This document shows, in pieces, positions 60,180 to 64,000 of a stretch of DNA of 64,000 nt (position 1 is the first letter of the stretch; the number at the start of each line of letters is the position of its first letter). This DNA comes from Takakia lepidozioides (lineage: Eukaryota; Plantae; Bryophyta), in NCBI GenBank assembly GCA_030704615.1, contig CM060732.1:47802001-47866000 (forward strand), given 5' to 3'. A program made the translations under genes and the position numbers. The notes beneath the pieces are model-generated. The model was not told the origin of the DNA and ran no database searches. It saw only the letters and a program-made list of their open reading frames with translations.

Positions 60180-62300
60180 CTCCAACCAGCCTTTGGCTCT
60201 CTAATGCTGGAGTTTGAAAAGGCCTTTGATAGCGTCAATTGGTCCTTTCTCATTGGAGCTCTAAGCAAATCTGGTGTGAATGGACTATTTCTGCGGTGTA
60301 TTCAAATCCTTCTATTCTCAGCTTGCAACAAAGTCATTGTGAACGGTATCCTATCCTCAGCCTTCCGTCTTTATAGATCAGTGTGGCAAGGCTGCCCTCT
60401 TGCACCCTTCCCGTTCCTTGTAGCTGCGATTGCGTTGGTCCATCTACTTCACTCAAACAAGGGAATCAGAGGCCTGAAAATTCCTAGATCCATGCCAAGC
60501 ACCTTCAGCATTAAGGCCTCCTTATAGGCAAACAACACAATGCTGCTTTTGGATAACAGCTCTCAGCGTAATGTCCAGTGTTGGCCGGGCACCATGTTTT
60601 GAGTTCTTCCGGTCCTGGTTATGGCATATTCTTTGAAAAAAATGACTGGCCGGGGTAGGGTATACCGAGAAGTTTGAAAAACATCCCGGTTACAAGTCCT
60701 CACTAAACACATGATTATTTTTTTGTCCAGTTTCCATCTACCGGTTATGCCATCTTAAAAAATGCCGGTGGTTATCGGATTTATTTTATTTTATTTTATT
60801 TTTCTGGAATTTTGTGTATGTCACGTTCAAAACTGCTTATACACTAAGCTTGTTTACAGCTATGTTTCAGCCAAATGCCAACAAATTAATTTCCTATTTA
60901 CTTGGACATCCTTTGACATCAAAATTCTCAATGTTGTGCACCTAATTCCCACACTTGGTAAATATATGGTTACTAGTAGACATTAGAATTCCAATCAAAA
61001 TGTGTCCACCTGTAATGTTCTTAACTACCTTATAGGGACCACCCCTGAAAATGGGTTGTAGCCGTGAGGCGAAGTGGCTCTTAGTTACGTCGGTTTCGGC
61101 CGGAGTCTTCTCTCTCTCTCCTCCTTATAAACTCTCTCTTCTTAACTACCTTATACTACATCACCAACCCCTATCGGCAGTACTTGTGTCACAATGCCAT
61201 AACAGAGAAAAAATAGCCAAAGAGGCTGACACATTTTGTTCAGGCTAATTTACTGCACCTGTACCTGCACCTGTACTATCTAGAACCGCCTCTATTCCAA
61301 TTACATTGGCTCCGGATCTCTTTTCGGGTATAACATCCTCATCATGATGCCGGTTCTCTAACCAATAAGCAAGCTGTTTGATGGCTTCTGCCGGTTCCCT
61401 TCCATAGCGGTTCATGCGTGCTACAATTTCCGGTTATGCATATATGCATAACCAACAACTAACCACTGGATATATATATCCAGATGTCATACCCGGCCAA
61501 CACAGCTAGTAGTTTGCTCCTCGCTCTGGAGGCCCTTCAGACCTTTACTACGGCCTCTGGGCTGCATGTCAATTGGTCTAAAACGGTGGTTATCATCTCC
61601 AAACTGAAACCTGAGTCGACTCTTGCTCATTCTGCCCCATGGGAAGAAGACTTAGATATCAAGTGGTTGCAAGAGGAGCAAGCACATACGCTCCTAGGTC
61701 AATTTATCGTGCACTATATCTCGGATCAGCTGAGATGTGCTGCAGGTAATTAAAAAATAAGTTGACTCAAGGAGTTCTTTACATCTCTCCAGTGTGGGAC
61801 GTGCCCTCATAATAACCAAGTTCTATTGGCTTCCATTTGGTGCACTACTGCAGTTGATCCCCTGGATTTGTTATTATTAAACAGATTAAAGCCTTGGTGC
61901 GTAACTTTTTGTGGGGTGCCACCCATGCTTCCCAGTAGACGTGCCATGGTTAGTTGGAAGCAGATTACCCAGAAGGAAAAATATGGTGGACTAGGTATTA
62001 TTGATCATTTGCCATAAATTTTAGCCATCTTGGCTGAGTGGATCCCTCGGATGCTCACTCAGCTAAACAGCCCATGGAGTATCTTGGTGAGACGACACAT
62101 TTTGGATGCGGTCCCTACCTTTGGACCTGGGCCTCCTTCCCTTCGCTGGACAACAGCTCTGTCCGTGCTTCCCCTCTCGGATCTAAGGCTTGGGACTCCA
62201 TCTAGGATGTTTGATTAAGAATCAGACATCTTCTTCCCCACGCTCTCCTTTTAACTAAGGAGGAGACTTTAAAGCAACATTTATTTGCTAACTATAGTAC
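60180..62300 (+). mobile_element. Decayed L1-like LINE RT fragment split by a DNA element
   Basis: LEFEKAFDSVNW..WQGCPLAPFPF..SL*ANNT before 60575. After 61506: SGLHVNWSKT, VSWKQIT..KYGGLG, WIPRML. Confidence 0.88.
60576..61505. mobile_element. Non-autonomous TIR element (hAT-like ends) inserted in the LINE
   Basis: cagtgttggccggg / cccggccaacacag with many subterminal ccggtt motifs. LINE coding sequence resumes on both sides. No clean TSD. Confidence 0.75.
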
Positions 62301-62439
62301 GGACTCAGAGTGCTTATCAAGTGCTTTGCACAAAGCATAGAAAGAGCGCACAAAACGCCAGATAATAAAAGGGGATGCGATAATGTTGTAAACAATGTTC
62401 GATTGTTTCGGGAGCATCCAATTGACAACACAAACATGA

Positions 62440-63260
62440 GTTATGATCCGGCCCCGAAATATATTGAAGAATTGGAAGAATCCTGTTTAGCGATTTTCCA
62501 TAAAGAAACCCGAGATTTTTGTTGCCCTGTCTTTTCTCTAGACATCATTCCAGATAGATCTCCAGTTAGGCGGTGACGTAAGAATGGGGTGCCATTTATA
62601 ATCCCATTTCTGGTCCATGGACACTGGAGGATTGAGCAAGGAGTAACCCAACTTAATTGTATAAGCAAAGAAGGGATCATGATTTTTTCATGATATCCAA
62701 TTCCATTCAACAGAATCAAATTGTAGCAGCTTGACAGGGGCAATAAGAAACCAGTGGAAATTACCAAAATTGTGCATGATATCAGGAGGTGGAGTAGGGT
62801 CGATAGCTCCCGAGTAAAGACAGAAAACTTTGATAGCATACAGAGAATTTTTTTCTGTTTCGCACTAGATATGGGAAGTGGTTACCAAGAGAATTTGTTT
62901 TGATGTGTCAACCTCGTAACATTCCGGAAAGTCCGAAGACCACAAACAAAGCGGAGTGTGAGGAGCCACAAGATCTTCCTAACCAATTAGCAAGGAGTAG
63001 CCGACAATTGGTAGGGAAAGAAGTCTACAATAAAATCCAATTGGGAAGGATTTCTTGAGTCACCATCCAAGATTTAGCTTGTCTGGTCGTGAGACCAGTA
63101 GAAGCCGTAGTGAGAGGTACAAGGTGGTCAGAGTCCTAGAGATGTGAAAAATGAGAAATTCCCGCAGCTTCCCGTTTTGCCCAATTCCCTGCTTGCAAGA
63201 TTCAAGGAGGCTCAGGCTTCATCCACAACAATTTCGAAGATATTCTAGGGCCTCTGACAA
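62440..63260 (-). mobile_element. Possible LINE ORF2 C-terminal relic
   Basis: Degenerate W-rich, LINE-tail-like peptides on the minus strand (LWLLTLRFVCGLRTFRN). Weak evidence. Confidence 0.3.
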
Positions 63261-63469
63261 GTGAGTGAAAGCTACATATTAAGCCTAGTAAGCAAACACC
63301 TCATCGTTTTCATCATCGTCGCCGGAGGCAATATCATCCAGCAGAGCGCGGGCCATAACTGGAATCCGGATTTCTCCTTTCACTCATCTGTACTCCTACG
63401 GAATTATCATGATCAAGAGATCTCAAAACTGAAGTCCTTGTCCGGTGTGGGCTACGTTGCAAGCTCATA

Positions 63470-63740
63470 CTTTGTGGAATATTTGGAAATCCATATGCTC
63501 TTATACATTCCATGTGTGAGAGTTATTCTTTATAGGGTTCACTCAAACTTATTGTCTAAAACAAGAAATACATGGCATGTTCTTTGTGCTGTTTTTTCAG
63601 ATGTGGAGAGAGGAGGAGAATGGCACAACTTCTTGCTAACTTTGACAACATTGGGCTAAATGACATCAATTGTGTAGTAGAATCTTTGAATCTTCTGTTA
63701 CCTAGAATGACAACCTCCTAACATGTTGGAAGTTCATTAA
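63470..63740 (-). pseudogene. Possible hAT transposase dimerisation-domain relic
   Basis: Minus-strand PMLSKLARSCAILLLSTSEK..VLD resembles the hAT C-terminal P.LSKLAR..LAIP.ST..SER consensus. ccggtt motifs at 63960-64000. Confidence 0.35.
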
Positions 63741-64000
63741 TGTTCGTTGCCCTGGCAATGAGTTCGACATGAACTAGAGGAATCGTCATAGCTTTAGAAA
63801 AGGGAAATCTAAAACTCAACTATCTTTTGAGCCCCCTAAACGTAAGAGAGGGATGTCGTGCACCTAAGCATCGTGCCACAACATACATCGCTGTCTACCA
63901 CACAATCTAAGCACACAACCTTATAAAGCTATACCACAATAGATAAGAGATGATAAATGAGACCGGAACCGCCAATGATCCCCCGGTTCCAGTTACCAGC

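Overview
Land-plant nuclear DNA, probably from a seed-free lineage (weak inference from the PLS-DYW PPR relics). It contains two intact spliced genes on the minus strand: CYP97B-type carotenoid P450 (14 exons, 373-7474) and a very long ELF6/REF6-type JmjN/JmjC-C2H2 histone demethylase (9 exons, 46597-58110). Between them lies about 39 kb of transposon-rich DNA: MITEs of several superfamilies, L1-like LINE relics, PPR pseudogenes, RPS3a fragments and a frameshifted GNA-type lectin. The outstanding element is a Ty3/Gypsy-like retroelement family with one end-complete copy (33823-43723, +), one truncated copy (22141-27112, -) and one small fragment. It encodes gag, zinc knuckles, protease, a DNMT3-like C5 cytosine methyltransferase, an RT remnant, a DDE integrase and a PHD finger. 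It lacks ordinary paired LTRs. Its ends are split repeats, A...PPT-B-ac-A-tat-B, bounded by a 4-bp TSD. This matches a 2-LTR circle opened inside one LTR. A 17-nt self-complementary segment sits where a tRNA primer-binding site is expected. All coordinates and alignments were done by eye; no searches were run.
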